Shown here piece after piece: positions 33,609 through 43,306 of a DNA stretch of 64,000 bases. Below the pieces are notes generated by a model that was not told the DNA's origin, made no database searches, and was given only the letters and a program-made list of their open reading frames with translations. The translations under genes were made by a program, and so were the position numbers. The stretch spans positions 256,001 to 320,000 of the forward strand of contig CAVTRY010000014.1 in assembly GCA_963737265.1 (NCBI GenBank). Direction: 5' to 3'. This stretch comes from an uncultured delta proteobacterium. GTDB lineage: Bacteria > Myxococcota_A > Polyangia > Fen-1088. Numbering within the stretch: position 1 is the stretch's first letter; every line of letters starts with the position of its first letter.

Positions 33609-34664
33609 ATGCAGAGCGCACTCCTGCGGGCTCGCTTGGTTGCCGTGAGCGCCTGGTTGGCGGCGCTGGCGTTACCGCTTTCGGCCTTTGCCGACGCGAT
33701 TTCGGTGAAGATGCTGACGCAAGTCCGGGCGGGCCAGTCGCCCAAGTTGACCATCACGGCCATCGAACCCGTGGATCATGTCGAGGTGTTGCTCAACCGC
33801 GACGACGGCAAAATGGTGGAAGAACAGATTGGCGAGCTCGGCGCGGGCGGCTGGCGCGACGTGATGCTCGACGCGAGCGTCGGCAAGCACAAATATGGCG
33901 GCCACATCAGCTGCATCTCGGGCGGCAAGCCCAGCGCAACCCAGGTTTCATTCGAGACCGTGGTGTCGGGCGTTCTCAACGTGGTGCTGGACAAGTCGCG
34001 CGTGGATTTGGCGAACGGGCGCATGGAGCTGCAGGTTTCGGTCCCCGATGGCCGAGTCGAGCTGAAGATCCTGTCGGCCACCGACGGCGCCACGCTGGTC
34101 GAGCACGAGCAGTCGTTCGTGGATCACGTGGCGAGCGATCCGTTGATCGTCAAATGGGCGCCGCCACCCAAGGGCGCCGAAGTCGGACGCATCGACGTGC
34201 GCGTGTCCGATGCAAGCGGCGCATTCCAAAGCTACTCGCTCTTCCCTTGGTCGATCTACATCCCACACGAAGAGGTCAACTTCGCCACCGACTCGGCCGC
34301 GATCGCGGTGAGCGAAGCACCCAAGCTTGCCACCAGCCTCGCCAAGATCGCCGACGCGCTCGCCAAGCACAAGGATCTCGGGCCGATCAAACTCTACATC
34401 GCCGGCCACACCGACACGGTCGGTGCCGCACCCTACAACCTGGCGTTGTCACGCAAGCGCGCGCAGGCCATCGCCGGCTGGTTCCGCAAGAATGGACTGC
34501 GTATTCCCATCGCCTTCGAGGGCTTTGGCGAGCATGCCCTGCGCGTGGCCACGCCCGACAACACCGACGAGCCGCGCAACCGGCGCGTGGACTACATACT
34601 TTCCGTCGAAGACCCCGTGCTCAAGGCCACCGATTTCCGCCCGGTGTGGAAGACCATCAAGTAG
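33609..34664 (+). CDS. OmpA-domain protein
   Basis: Signal peptide; GHTD, NLALSRKRA, GFGE, RNRRV. Confidence 0.9.
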   Translation: MQSALLRARLVAVSAWLAALALPLSAFADAISVKMLTQVRAGQSPKLTITAIEPVDHVEVLLNRDDGKMVEEQIGELGAGGWRDVMLDASVGKHKYGGHISCISGGKPSATQVSFETVVSGVLNVVLDKSRVDLANGRMELQVSVPDGRVELKILSATDGATLVEHEQSFVDHVASDPLIVKWAPPPKGAEVGRIDVRVSDASGAFQSYSLFPWSIYIPHEEVNFATDSAAIAVSEAPKLATSLAKIADALAKHKDLGPIKLYIAGHTDTVGAAPYNLALSRKRAQAIAGWFRKNGLRIPIAFEGFGEHALRVATPDNTDEPRNRRVDYILSVEDPVLKATDFRPVWKTIK

Positions 34665-34693
34665 CCAAGCGGCCCCAAACCATATATTTTGCG
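34621..34693. repeat. 73-bp perfect direct repeat copy 1 (ompA 3' end plus downstream)
   Basis: TCAAGGCCACCG...CATATATTTTGCG identical to 35882-35954. Confidence 0.95.
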
Positions 34694-34759
34694 GACATGC
34701 TCATCCAGTCTCCTTGCTGGCCTGCCGCCGACGGTGGACCCCGGTCGGGATAGCTATAC

Positions 34760-35190
34760 TCCAACTGCTCGAGCCCACGCCCAACCACCATGGGGGGACT
34801 CGCTCGCCACGCGAACCTAGCGCCGACCCTCTCGCACGCCTCGGAAAGCCTCTCGTTCTGCCCGTTTCGCAGCCACAGATCGATGTCCTGAGTGGTCCCA
34901 GGCACTCCTTGAAGTATCGCCGAGCTCATTCCGACCACCATGTAGTCGACGCCGCTCTCGGCAAGCGACGCCAAGAAGGCAATCTCCTCCTCGGTGAGCA
35001 GAGGAGTCATCGTCTGGCCAAGTCTCGCCAGCGACCGCGCATGAGCCCGCGCGCCAGCCTCTCCTGGGGAGAAAGCGTCATCAAAAAGAGATGCCCCTCG
35101 ATCACGCCTACATCGCCACCCGTTTCGCGCGCCAAGGCCTCGGCACGCCGCCGACGATCCACTCGCTCGGCCTCGATCCGATCTCAGGAT
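34760..35190 (-). pseudogene. Remnants of a small helical protein plus nucleotidyltransferase pair (TA-like)
   Basis: ...LSPQERL...RR* overlaps (ATGA) MTPLL...YMVVGMSSAILQG...TQDIDLW (NTase G.S...DxD); truncated; boundaries approximate. Confidence 0.55.
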
Positions 35191-35881
35191 CTCTTCCTCG
35201 ACGTGGCGGAGCATAGGGCAAAGATACCACGGCCGCGAATCAGCACATCCTCCCCAAGCTCGCGAGGGAACGATGGCCAATCCGCAAGCCCTGGACCCAT
35301 GCACCACCCGGCGATCTACCTCCGCCCACCGCTCGATCCCGGCGCGATGGAGCGGCTGCGCGCGGCCGCCGAGCGAGTGTTCGCGCCTCCATGTCTACGC
35401 CGCCATGATCGAGAACAAATCGATGCTGCGAGAATTCGGACGCTTGGCGGCGAAGGAGCTCGGCGTGGATAAATAGCCGACGCGATTGTCGGCTCGAAGC
35501 CCCTGTGGATCTGGCAGGGATCCGGCAGTCTGAAGCGGCCATAGTTCGGGTCAATGGGTCGCCAGATGGCTGTGACGGTGCGGCCGCGAGTCGGCGGTGG
35601 CGCCAAGCCCGCGGCCAGCTCGGAAGTGCGACTCGTCTGTACCGTGGAATCGATATCGGAGCGCCGGGACTGGCCGCACCAACCGTAATCGGCTTCGACA
35701 TGCAGGCGTACGGGCACGCGTTCTGGCGGGCCAGTTTTCGCGGTGAAGACACCACGCAATTCCTAGATTTCTGGCGCCGCCTGCAGCCCACCGAATAGAT
35801 CCGTAGAATGAAACAACCAGCCCGTGAGGTCACGATGAAGCCAAGTCGCAACAAGGCAATGCCACTACTTCGCAAAAGCGA

Positions 35882-35954
35882 TCAAGGCCACCGATTTCCG
35901 CCCGGTGTGGAAGACCATCAAGTAGCCAAGCGGCCCCAAACCATATATTTTGCG
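35882..35954. repeat. 73-bp perfect direct repeat copy 2
   Basis: Identical to 34621-34693. Confidence 0.95.
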
Positions 35955-35981
35955 CTCGCAACCTTCCAGGAGCACCACGCG

Positions 35982-38427
35982 ATGAACCCCTTTGGCCATT
36001 TCGACGACAGCAAGCGCGAATACGTGATCACCCGTCCCGACACGCCTCTGCCTTGGCTCAACTATCTTGGCCAGGACGAGTTCTTCGGGCTTTGCACCAA
36101 CACGGCCGGCGGTTACACGTTCTGGAAGGACGCCAAGCTGCGCCGCCTCACGCGCTACCGCTACAACAACGTCCCCTACGATCTTGGCGGTCGCTACATC
36201 TACGTGAACGACGCCGGCTCAGTTTGGAATCCGGGGTGGAAGCCGATCAAGGCCAAGCTCGACAGCTACGAATGCCGCCACGGACTTGGCTACACGCGCA
36301 TCATCGGACAAAAGGACGGCCTGGAAGTGGAGATGCTGTTCTTCGTGCCGCCGGGCGAGAACCTGGAGCTGTGGAAGGTCACGGTCCGCAATAAGTCGAA
36401 GGTCGCCAAGCAGCCCAAGATCTTCACGTTCCAGGAGTTCTGCCTCTTCGAGGCGGCCAACGACATGAACAACCTGCAGCGCACCTATTCGATCGGCGAG
36501 GTCGAGATCGACGGCAGTGCGATTTACCACAAGACCGAGTATCGCGAGCGCCGCGACCACTACACCCTGTTCGCCTGCACCCGTCCCGTCGACGGCTTCG
36601 ACACCAGCCGCGACGCCTTCGTCGGCATACACGAAGGTCTGCACGATCCCAAGGTGCCGTTTGCCGGCAAGTGCACGAACAGCAAGGCGTTCGGCTGGAA
36701 CCCCATCGGCGCGCACCAGGTCAACCTCGACCTGGCGCCGGGGCAGGAAGAGACGTTCTCGTTCGTGCTCGCCTACGTCGAGCAAGGCAAGGAGCCCAAG
36801 TACGACTCGCTCTATGTGATGAACAAGAAGGTGGGCAAAGCCATCCTCGACAAGTACAGCAAGCCGGGCGCCATCGACGCCGCCTTCGCCAAGCTCGGCA
36901 CGGTGTGGAACGACCTTTTGTCCAACTTCCAGGCCCAATAGCCCCGATCCAGCACGCCAATCGCATGCTCAACGTGTGGAACCAGTACCAGTGCATGGCC
37001 ACCTTCAACATGTGCCGCTCGGCCAGCATGTACGAAACCGGCATCGGCCGCGGCATGGGCTTCCGCGACAGCAACCAGGACCTGCTCGGCTTCGTGCACA
37101 TGATTCCGATCGCGCGCCCGCGAGCGCATCCTCGACATCGCGGCGACACAACTTTCCGACGGCACGTGCTTCCACCAGTACCAGCCGCTGACCAAGAAGG
37201 GCAACGCCGAGATCGGCGGCGATTTCTACGACGACCACCTGTGGCTCATCCTCTCGACCTGCGCCTACATCAAAGAGACCGGCGACCTCGGCATCCTGGA
37301 CGCGCCTTGCGGCTACGCCGACAAGCCGGACGGCAAGACCGATTTGCGCCACCACCTGGAAACCAGCATCGCCTACACCCTGAAGAAGCGCGGCCCGCAC
37401 GGCCTGCCCCTGATCGGCCACGCCGACTGGAACGACTGCCTCAACCTCAACTGCTTCTCCACGGAGCCCAACGAGAGCTTCCAGTGCGCTGGCGACGTGA
37501 AGGGCAGCAAGGCCGAGAGCGTGATGATCGCCGGCCTCTTCCTCTACGCCAGCCGCGAGATGGCGGCGCTCTACGACTTCATGGGCAAGGGCAGCGACGC
37601 CGCGCGCATGCGCGCGGGTTACGACGACATGCTCAACGTCATCGAGACGCAAGCCTGGGACGGCGAATGGTATCGCCGCGCCTACGATGCCGCTGGCACG
37701 CCCGTCGGCAGCAAGGAAAACCCCGAAGGCAAGATCTTCATCGAAAGCCAGGGCTGGTGCGTGCTCGGCGGCGCCGGGCCAGAACAACGGCCGCGCCAAG
37801 CAAGCCATGGAGAGCGTGCACAAGCACCTCTTCACCAAGAACGGCGCGGTCCTGCAGCAGCCGCCCTATTCGACCTATCACGTCGAGCTCGGCGAAGTGA
37901 CGAGCTACCCGCCCGGCGTGAAGGAAAACGCCGGCATCTTCTGCCACAACAACACTTGGATCAACCTCGGCTGGTGTCTGCTCGGCGATGGCGACCGCGC
38001 ACTTGAATACTATCTGTCCATCTGTCCGTCGGCGAAAGAAGACCAGATCGAAACCTACCGCAGCGAACCCTACGTCTACGCCCAGATGATCGCCGGCAAG
38101 GACGCGGTCTGCTTCGGCGAAGCGAAAAATAGCTGGCTCACCGGCACCGCCGCCTGGACCTTCGTCAGCGTGGCGCAAGGCCTCCTCGGCATCCAGCCCG
38201 ACTACAAGGGCCTGCGCATGGATCCCTGCATTCCCAAGGCGTGGAAGGGCTTCACGGTCAGCCGCAAGTTCCGCGGCGTGGAGTACCAGATCGACGTCAA
38301 GAACCCGAACGGCATCTGCAAAGGCGTGAAGAAGGTCGTCGTCGACGGCAAAGCTATCGCCGGCAACGTGATTCCCTTCGAAGCCGGCAAGAAGGTCGTG
38401 AAGGTCGAGATCGTGCTCGAAGCGTAG
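35982..38427 (+). CDS. GH94 cellobiose/cellodextrin phosphorylase (about 3 frameshifts)
   Basis: FGHFDD...[46 protein letters not shown]. Confidence 0.93.
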
Positions 38428-38439
38428 GCGAAGATAGGT

Positions 38440-38660
38440 CGACAGATGGTCTCCACCAACGCCTCCAGTCGTGTGTTCAAGATCCCGCTTCTCCTCGTGG
38501 CAAAAGGTCTTGCCGTCGGTGACAAGAAGCTGCAAGTCGCGCGTATCGTGAACCACACCCGGCAGCTCGTGTGGTAGGCGGTGCCCAGGCCTTCCTTGGC
38601 GCTCGATGTCCAGCGTGTCTCGATGCCCGGCGCTCCGAAAGCGGTCGGAGTTTCAGTGGA
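38440..38660 (-). pseudogene. GH15 glucoamylase N-terminal remnant
   Basis: AFGAPGIETRWTSSAKEGLGTAY...VWFT / RDLQLLVTDGKTFCHEEKRDL; boundaries approximate. Confidence 0.65.
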
Positions 38661-38753
38661 CAAAGCGCCCCTTCGTCGACGCGGCAGCAATCTTTCGCCA
38701 ACGGCGATACCCGCGTGCAAACGCGTTCGCGTCGTGTCCCGAACGTGGAGCTC

Positions 38754-40253
38754 TCATGCCATGGGTCGCCATGCGTGCCCCCCGCGCGTAAGCAATTCGT
38801 CGGCTGCCCTGGGTCCCCATGTGCCTGCGGCGTAGTTGGGGAAATTGCGCGGGGGCGACTCTGCCCACGCCTCCAGGACCGGCATCAGAACCTGCCACGC
38901 CGCTTCGATTTGGTCGGCGCGCATGAACAGGGTTGCATCATCGTTCATCACATCCCACAGCAGCGTCTCGTAGGCATCTGGCGAGGGAACCGCAAAGGCG
39001 TCCTGATAGTCAAATCGCATCTCCACCGGCCGCAAGCGCATCTGGTGACCTGGGTACTTGGCTTGAAATCCCATCACGATGCCTTCTTCGGGCTGAATGG
39101 ACAGAATCAGCCGAGACGGAGACCAATCGCGGCTGCACTCGCCGGGGAACGACCGATGCGGCACTGCACGGAATTGGATGGCCACTTCGGAAAGCTGCCG
39201 AGACAAACATTTGCCTGTGCGGAGGTAGAACGGCACACCCTGCCAACGCCAGTTGTCCACGAACAATTTCAGCGCAGCGAAAGTCTCGGTTCCTGAATGA
39301 CGGGACACCCCCGCCTCCCGGCGGTATGCCGTCATTTTCTTGCCGCGAACTTCGCCCCGATCATACTGCCCACGAACGGCATACTCATCGATCCCGGATC
39401 GGGCGATGGGTCGCAGTGCGTGCAGAACGTCGACCTTCTTATTGCGGATCTCGTCGGCGTCGAAGGAGACCATGGGCTCCATGGCTACCAGGCAGAGGAG
39501 TTGCATGAGGTGGTTTTGCACCATGTCGCGCAGGGCCCCTGCGTGTTCGTAATAGCCGCCACGGTGCCCCACGCCTACTTCTTCGGCCACGGTGATGGTG
39601 ACGTAGTCCACATAGCGCCTGTTCCAAATTGGCTCGAAGAGCGGGTTGGCGAAGCGAAAGGCAAGGATGTTTTGCACGGTTTCCTTGCCGAGGTAGTGGT
39701 CGATGCGGAAAATCTGCGACTCGCTGAAGCTCTGCCTCAACGCGCGATTCATCTCCAGTGCCGAATTCAGGTCGCGTCCGAGCGGCTTTTCCACGACGAT
39801 GCGATCGCGCGCCCGGTCCCGACTTCGCCCCGCATCGGCCAGCAGCTTGGGTATGACCGGAATCATTTCGGGCGGGGTTGCCAGGTGGAAGATGCGTCCC
39901 GCCTTTGTCTTCCACACTTTTTCCATCCGCGCGCCCGCCGTCTCCAGGCTCGAATAGGTCGCTGGGTCCTGAAAGTCCCCCTGGTGGTAGGTCACGTGCC
40001 GGGCGAAGGCGTTCCATTCCGTCTGCTTGACTTGCCTATTTCGCGCGAACTGCTCAACGCCGCCAAGAAAGCGCTTGCGCAGATCCTCGTCGCGGAAAGG
40101 GAGACGGTCCACGGCGAGGATCGCAAATTTCTCGGGCATCCGCCCATCGCGGTTCAGATCGAACAAGGACGGTATCAGTTTGCGCCAGACCAAATCGCCC
40201 GCACCGCCGAAAAGCACGATGATGGTTGGGTCAAGATCCATGGGTCCCGCCAT
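38754..40253 (-). CDS. zwf: Glucose-6-phosphate 1-dehydrogenase
   Basis: GGAGDL, EKPLGRD, RIDHYLGKE, DMVQNH, WRWQGVPFYLRTGK. Confidence 0.97.
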   Translation of the reverse strand: MAGPMDLDPTIIVLFGGAGDLVWRKLIPSLFDLNRDGRMPEKFAILAVDRLPFRDEDLRKRFLGGVEQFARNRQVKQTEWNAFARHVTYHQGDFQDPATYSSLETAGARMEKVWKTKAGRIFHLATPPEMIPVIPKLLADAGRSRDRARDRIVVEKPLGRDLNSALEMNRALRQSFSESQIFRIDHYLGKETVQNILAFRFANPLFEPIWNRRYVDYVTITVAEEVGVGHRGGYYEHAGALRDMVQNHLMQLLCLVAMEPMVSFDADEIRNKKVDVLHALRPIARSGIDEYAVRGQYDRGEVRGKKMTAYRREAGVSRHSGTETFAALKLFVDNWRWQGVPFYLRTGKCLSRQLSEVAIQFRAVPHRSFPGECSRDWSPSRLILSIQPEEGIVMGFQAKYPGHQMRLRPVEMRFDYQDAFAVPSPDAYETLLWDVMNDDATLFMRADQIEAAWQVLMPVLEAWAESPPRNFPNYAAGTWGPRAADELLTRGGHAWRPMA

Positions 40254-40384
40254 GGGTCCGTGCCGGTCTGAGCGCTATCATCAAGTCTCCCCCAAAGATT
40301 CAATAGATGCCGGTCACGGCCGTAACGATTCGGCCGGCTTGTTCGGCGTGGCCGATCGCGGATTTGCCTCGTAGACTGCATGCC

Positions 40385-41452
40385 ATGAACATTTCCGACA
40401 TCGAGAAGCACCTCGGAGCAGAAGCCCCAAGTCTGCTCACCTATTCGTGCAAGGGCATCGCCAAGAACTTGCTACACGCGCCCGGCGGCGATTTCGTCGA
40501 TCGTGTCTTGCTCGAAAGCGATCGCTCTATTCGCGTGCTCACGCAACTCGAGCGGGTGCTGCAGTCGGGCCGGCTCAAAGGTACGGGCTATGTTTCGATC
40601 TTGCCCGTGGACCAGGGCATCGAGCATTCGGCCGGCGCGTCCTTCGCCAAGAACCCACTCTATTTCGATCCTTCCAACATCGTGAAGCTCGCCTATGAGG
40701 GCGGCTGCAACGCCGTCGCTTCCACGCTTGGCGTGCTCGGTATCGTCAGCCGAAAGTGGGCGCCCAAGATCCCCTTCATCGTCAAGCTCAATCACAACGA
40801 GCTTTTGACCTTCCCCAACAAGGCCAGCGAATTCTATTTTGGCGCGGTCGAACAGGCCCACGAGATGGGCGCGGCGGGCGTGGGCGCCACCATCTACTTC
40901 GGCGGCGAAACCAGCCAGCGCGAGATCGAGGAAACCACCAAGGTGTTCCAGCACGCCCACGAACTCGGCATGTTCACCGTGCTTTGGTGCTACTTGCGCA
41001 ACAAGGCCTTCAAGACCAAGGAAAAGGATTTCCACGTCGCGGCCGATCTGACCGGCCAGGCCAATCACCTCGGCGTGACCATCGAGGCCGACATCATCAA
41101 ACAGAAGCTTCCCGAGAACAACGGCGGCTACCCTGCGCTCAACCAGAGCGGAAGTTACGGCAAGTTCGACAAGCGCATGTACACCGACCTCATTCCCGAT
41201 CACCCGATTGAATACACGCGCTACCAAGTGGCGAATTGCTACATGGGCCGCGCCGGTCTCATCAATTCGGGTGGCGCCTCGGGCGACAACGACTTCGCCG
41301 AGGCCGTGAAAACCGCGGTGATCAACAAACGCGCCGGGGGCATGGGCCTTATTTCCGGTCGTAAGGCCTTTCAACGTCCTCTCGCTGAGGGCGTTCAATT
41401 GCTGAACGCCATCCAGGACGTCTATCTTTGCAAGGACGTGACCTTGGCGTGA
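40385..41452 (+). CDS. fbaB: Class I fructose-bisphosphate aldolase
   Basis: [35 protein letters not shown]. Confidence 0.96.
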   Translation: MNISDIEKHLGAEAPSLLTYSCKGIAKNLLHAPGGDFVDRVLLESDRSIRVLTQLERVLQSGRLKGTGYVSILPVDQGIEHSAGASFAKNPLYFDPSNIVKLAYEGGCNAVASTLGVLGIVSRKWAPKIPFIVKLNHNELLTFPNKASEFYFGAVEQAHEMGAAGVGATIYFGGETSQREIEETTKVFQHAHELGMFTVLWCYLRNKAFKTKEKDFHVAADLTGQANHLGVTIEADIIKQKLPENNGGYPALNQSGSYGKFDKRMYTDLIPDHPIEYTRYQVANCYMGRAGLINSGGASGDNDFAEAVKTAVINKRAGGMGLISGRKAFQRPLAEGVQLLNAIQDVYLCKDVTLA

Positions 41453-41517
41453 CGATGGACGGGCCGCGTATCGCGCGGAGGTGCGGATCGGGAATAGCCT
41501 ATCAGTTCGGAGCGACT

Positions 41518-42129
41518 TCAGACGCGACCGCGGAACCAACCGGCGATGCTGTGACGGGGTTTGTTCGCCGCCAGCACTTCGTGCGGAAATTCCTCGCTGA
41601 GGAACAGAACCATCAGGCCGGGTTTGGGCAGAATCCGGGCCACGGCGCTCTGGTTGCCACCCCGGTAAAGGAGCAGCTCGCCGCCGTCGACCGGGTCCCA
41701 TCCGTCATTGAGGTAAACGACGGTCGACAACAGGCGGTTCTTCTGGCCGCTCAGCGTGTCCAGATGCCGGTCGTAACGGGCTCCGACGCCGTAGATTGCG
41801 TAGTGGCATTCGTAGTTGAACAGCCCCAGGGTGAGCCGCTGGTTAAGGCCGATGCGCAGCTTTTCCATCACGGTCAGGAACGAACGGTCCGCAGCCTTCG
41901 CGTCGTCGAGCCAGCGGATCGCGTCGCCACGGATGCTAGCGTCGTGCGTTCGCTGCTCGCCCCTTCCCACGGCCGCGGGCGCGAAGCATGCGACCGCGCT
42001 TTCGCAGCAGCCCCGGTCGAGACGAGCGCGCAGTGCGGGCGAAAGTGAATTTTCCAGGACGGCGAAACCGCCGGATCGAAGCGCGCTGGCGATGGCATCG
42101 ACATCCACGGGCCCGCCACCATCCCGCAC
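41518..42129 (-). CDS. 2OG-Fe(II) oxygenase (prolyl hydroxylase-like)
   Basis: RGDAIRWL, Y.RHLD, YLN..W, HEV, R.SIAGW. Confidence 0.88.
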   Translation of the reverse strand: MRDGGGPVDVDAIASALRSGGFAVLENSLSPALRARLDRGCCESAVACFAPAAVGRGEQRTHDASIRGDAIRWLDDAKAADRSFLTVMEKLRIGLNQRLTLGLFNYECHYAIYGVGARYDRHLDTLSGQKNRLLSTVVYLNDGWDPVDGGELLLYRGGNQSAVARILPKPGLMVLFLSEEFPHEVLAANKPRHSIAGWFRGRV

Positions 42130-42151
42130 TTGTTGCTGCGTCTGGCCTTTG

Positions 42152-42487
42152 CTACGGCTTCCCGGTCTCGGCGCGGAATTTGATGCCGCAGCCGAGGCTC
42201 TTTGTCTCAGCCGTCTTCGGCGAGTGGCCGGCCGCTACCGCTGCGAGGGCATCGCCGAGGTAGTGGGCTGTCACTTTGTCGGGATCGGCACGGTTGTCGT
42301 CGATGGTGCCCCGGTAGGCTAGCCTACCGTCAGCCGCGAAGAGGAACGCTTCGGGTGTTACGGAGGCATGCGGCAAGAGGGGATTGTTCTCGGCGGATGC
42401 GGCGAACGCAGCAGACGCGGCGGCGACGAGAGCGGCGCTGGCAAGCGCAAGCGCGAAGGGTGTCTTTATGCGACTGCTTCGGGTCAT
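42152..42487 (-). pseudogene. Redoxin (AhpC/TSA-like) with internal deletion
   Basis: Signal peptide joined directly to TPEAFLF...YRGTIDD...GCGIK; thioredoxin core missing. Confidence 0.6.
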
Positions 42488-43077
42488 GGTGTTTTTCCTT
42501 TGCGGCGAGGCAGCAGTCGGTTCCAGGCCGCTTTCAGTGCGTTGTCGCTTACCTCCCCGTACCAGCGCTGCTGGACTCGGCCTCGCCCATCGAACAAAAG
42601 GGACGCAGGCAGGGCTCCGCTCCATTTCGGGTCGAGGGCATTGATGAAGGTCATGTCGTCGCCGCGTTTCATCCAGGTTGCAAAGTCCACCCCTTGCGAG
42701 GCAAGGAAGCTGACCACCTTGTCGCGATCGGACTCGTCGTCGGCCGAAACCAGAACCAGGCGCAGTCCTTCGTCGCCGTGCTCGCGGAAAAATCTCAGCA
42801 AGCGTGGCATCTCGGCGCGGCACGGATCGCACCAGGTTGCCCACACATTGACCAGCACCGTCTTGGCACCCGGCCTTCTGATTTCGCCGAGAATCGCCTG
42901 TGCGTCTGCGTCACGAAGCGACGCCTGCGCGGCCTGCGCGAAAGCCGACTTCCCGGGCAGCACGATCACGGCCAGACATGCGAGGGCGGCGCACGCCGAC
43001 CGGCTGAGCCGGGTTGTCCATGTTGCTACAAGTCGCAAGGGCAGTCCTGAGTCGTTCCGTCCTGAAGAACTGTCCAA
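42484..43077 (-). CDS. TlpA family disulfide reductase
   Basis: VNVWATWCDPCRAEMP, GALPAS; start uncertain. Confidence 0.9.
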   Translation of the reverse strand: MDSSSGRNDSGLPLRLVATWTTRLSRSACAALACLAVIVLPGKSAFAQAAQASLRDADAQAILGEIRRPGAKTVLVNVWATWCDPCRAEMPRLLRFFREHGDEGLRLVLVSADDESDRDKVVSFLASQGVDFATWMKRGDDMTFINALDPKWSGALPASLLFDGRGRVQQRWYGEVSDNALKAAWNRLLPRRKGKTP

Positions 43078-43306
43078 AAATTGGACAGTTCTTCAGCAGC
43101 CGAGCCAAGGGCTCGGCCGCAGGTGGGGTGAAGTCCGCGAATTTACTTCGCGGACGAGGGGAGGGCAGCGGCCCTCCCTTCAAAAATCTTCAAGACGGGT
43201 CCATTTATGGACACGTCTTGAGAGAAGATGCTCGGTCACGCGCTTTCGATTCTGAGGTCCACGGTGGCCGGTCGGAAGCCTATGGCGCTAAGCAGCAGCA
43301 TTCGCT

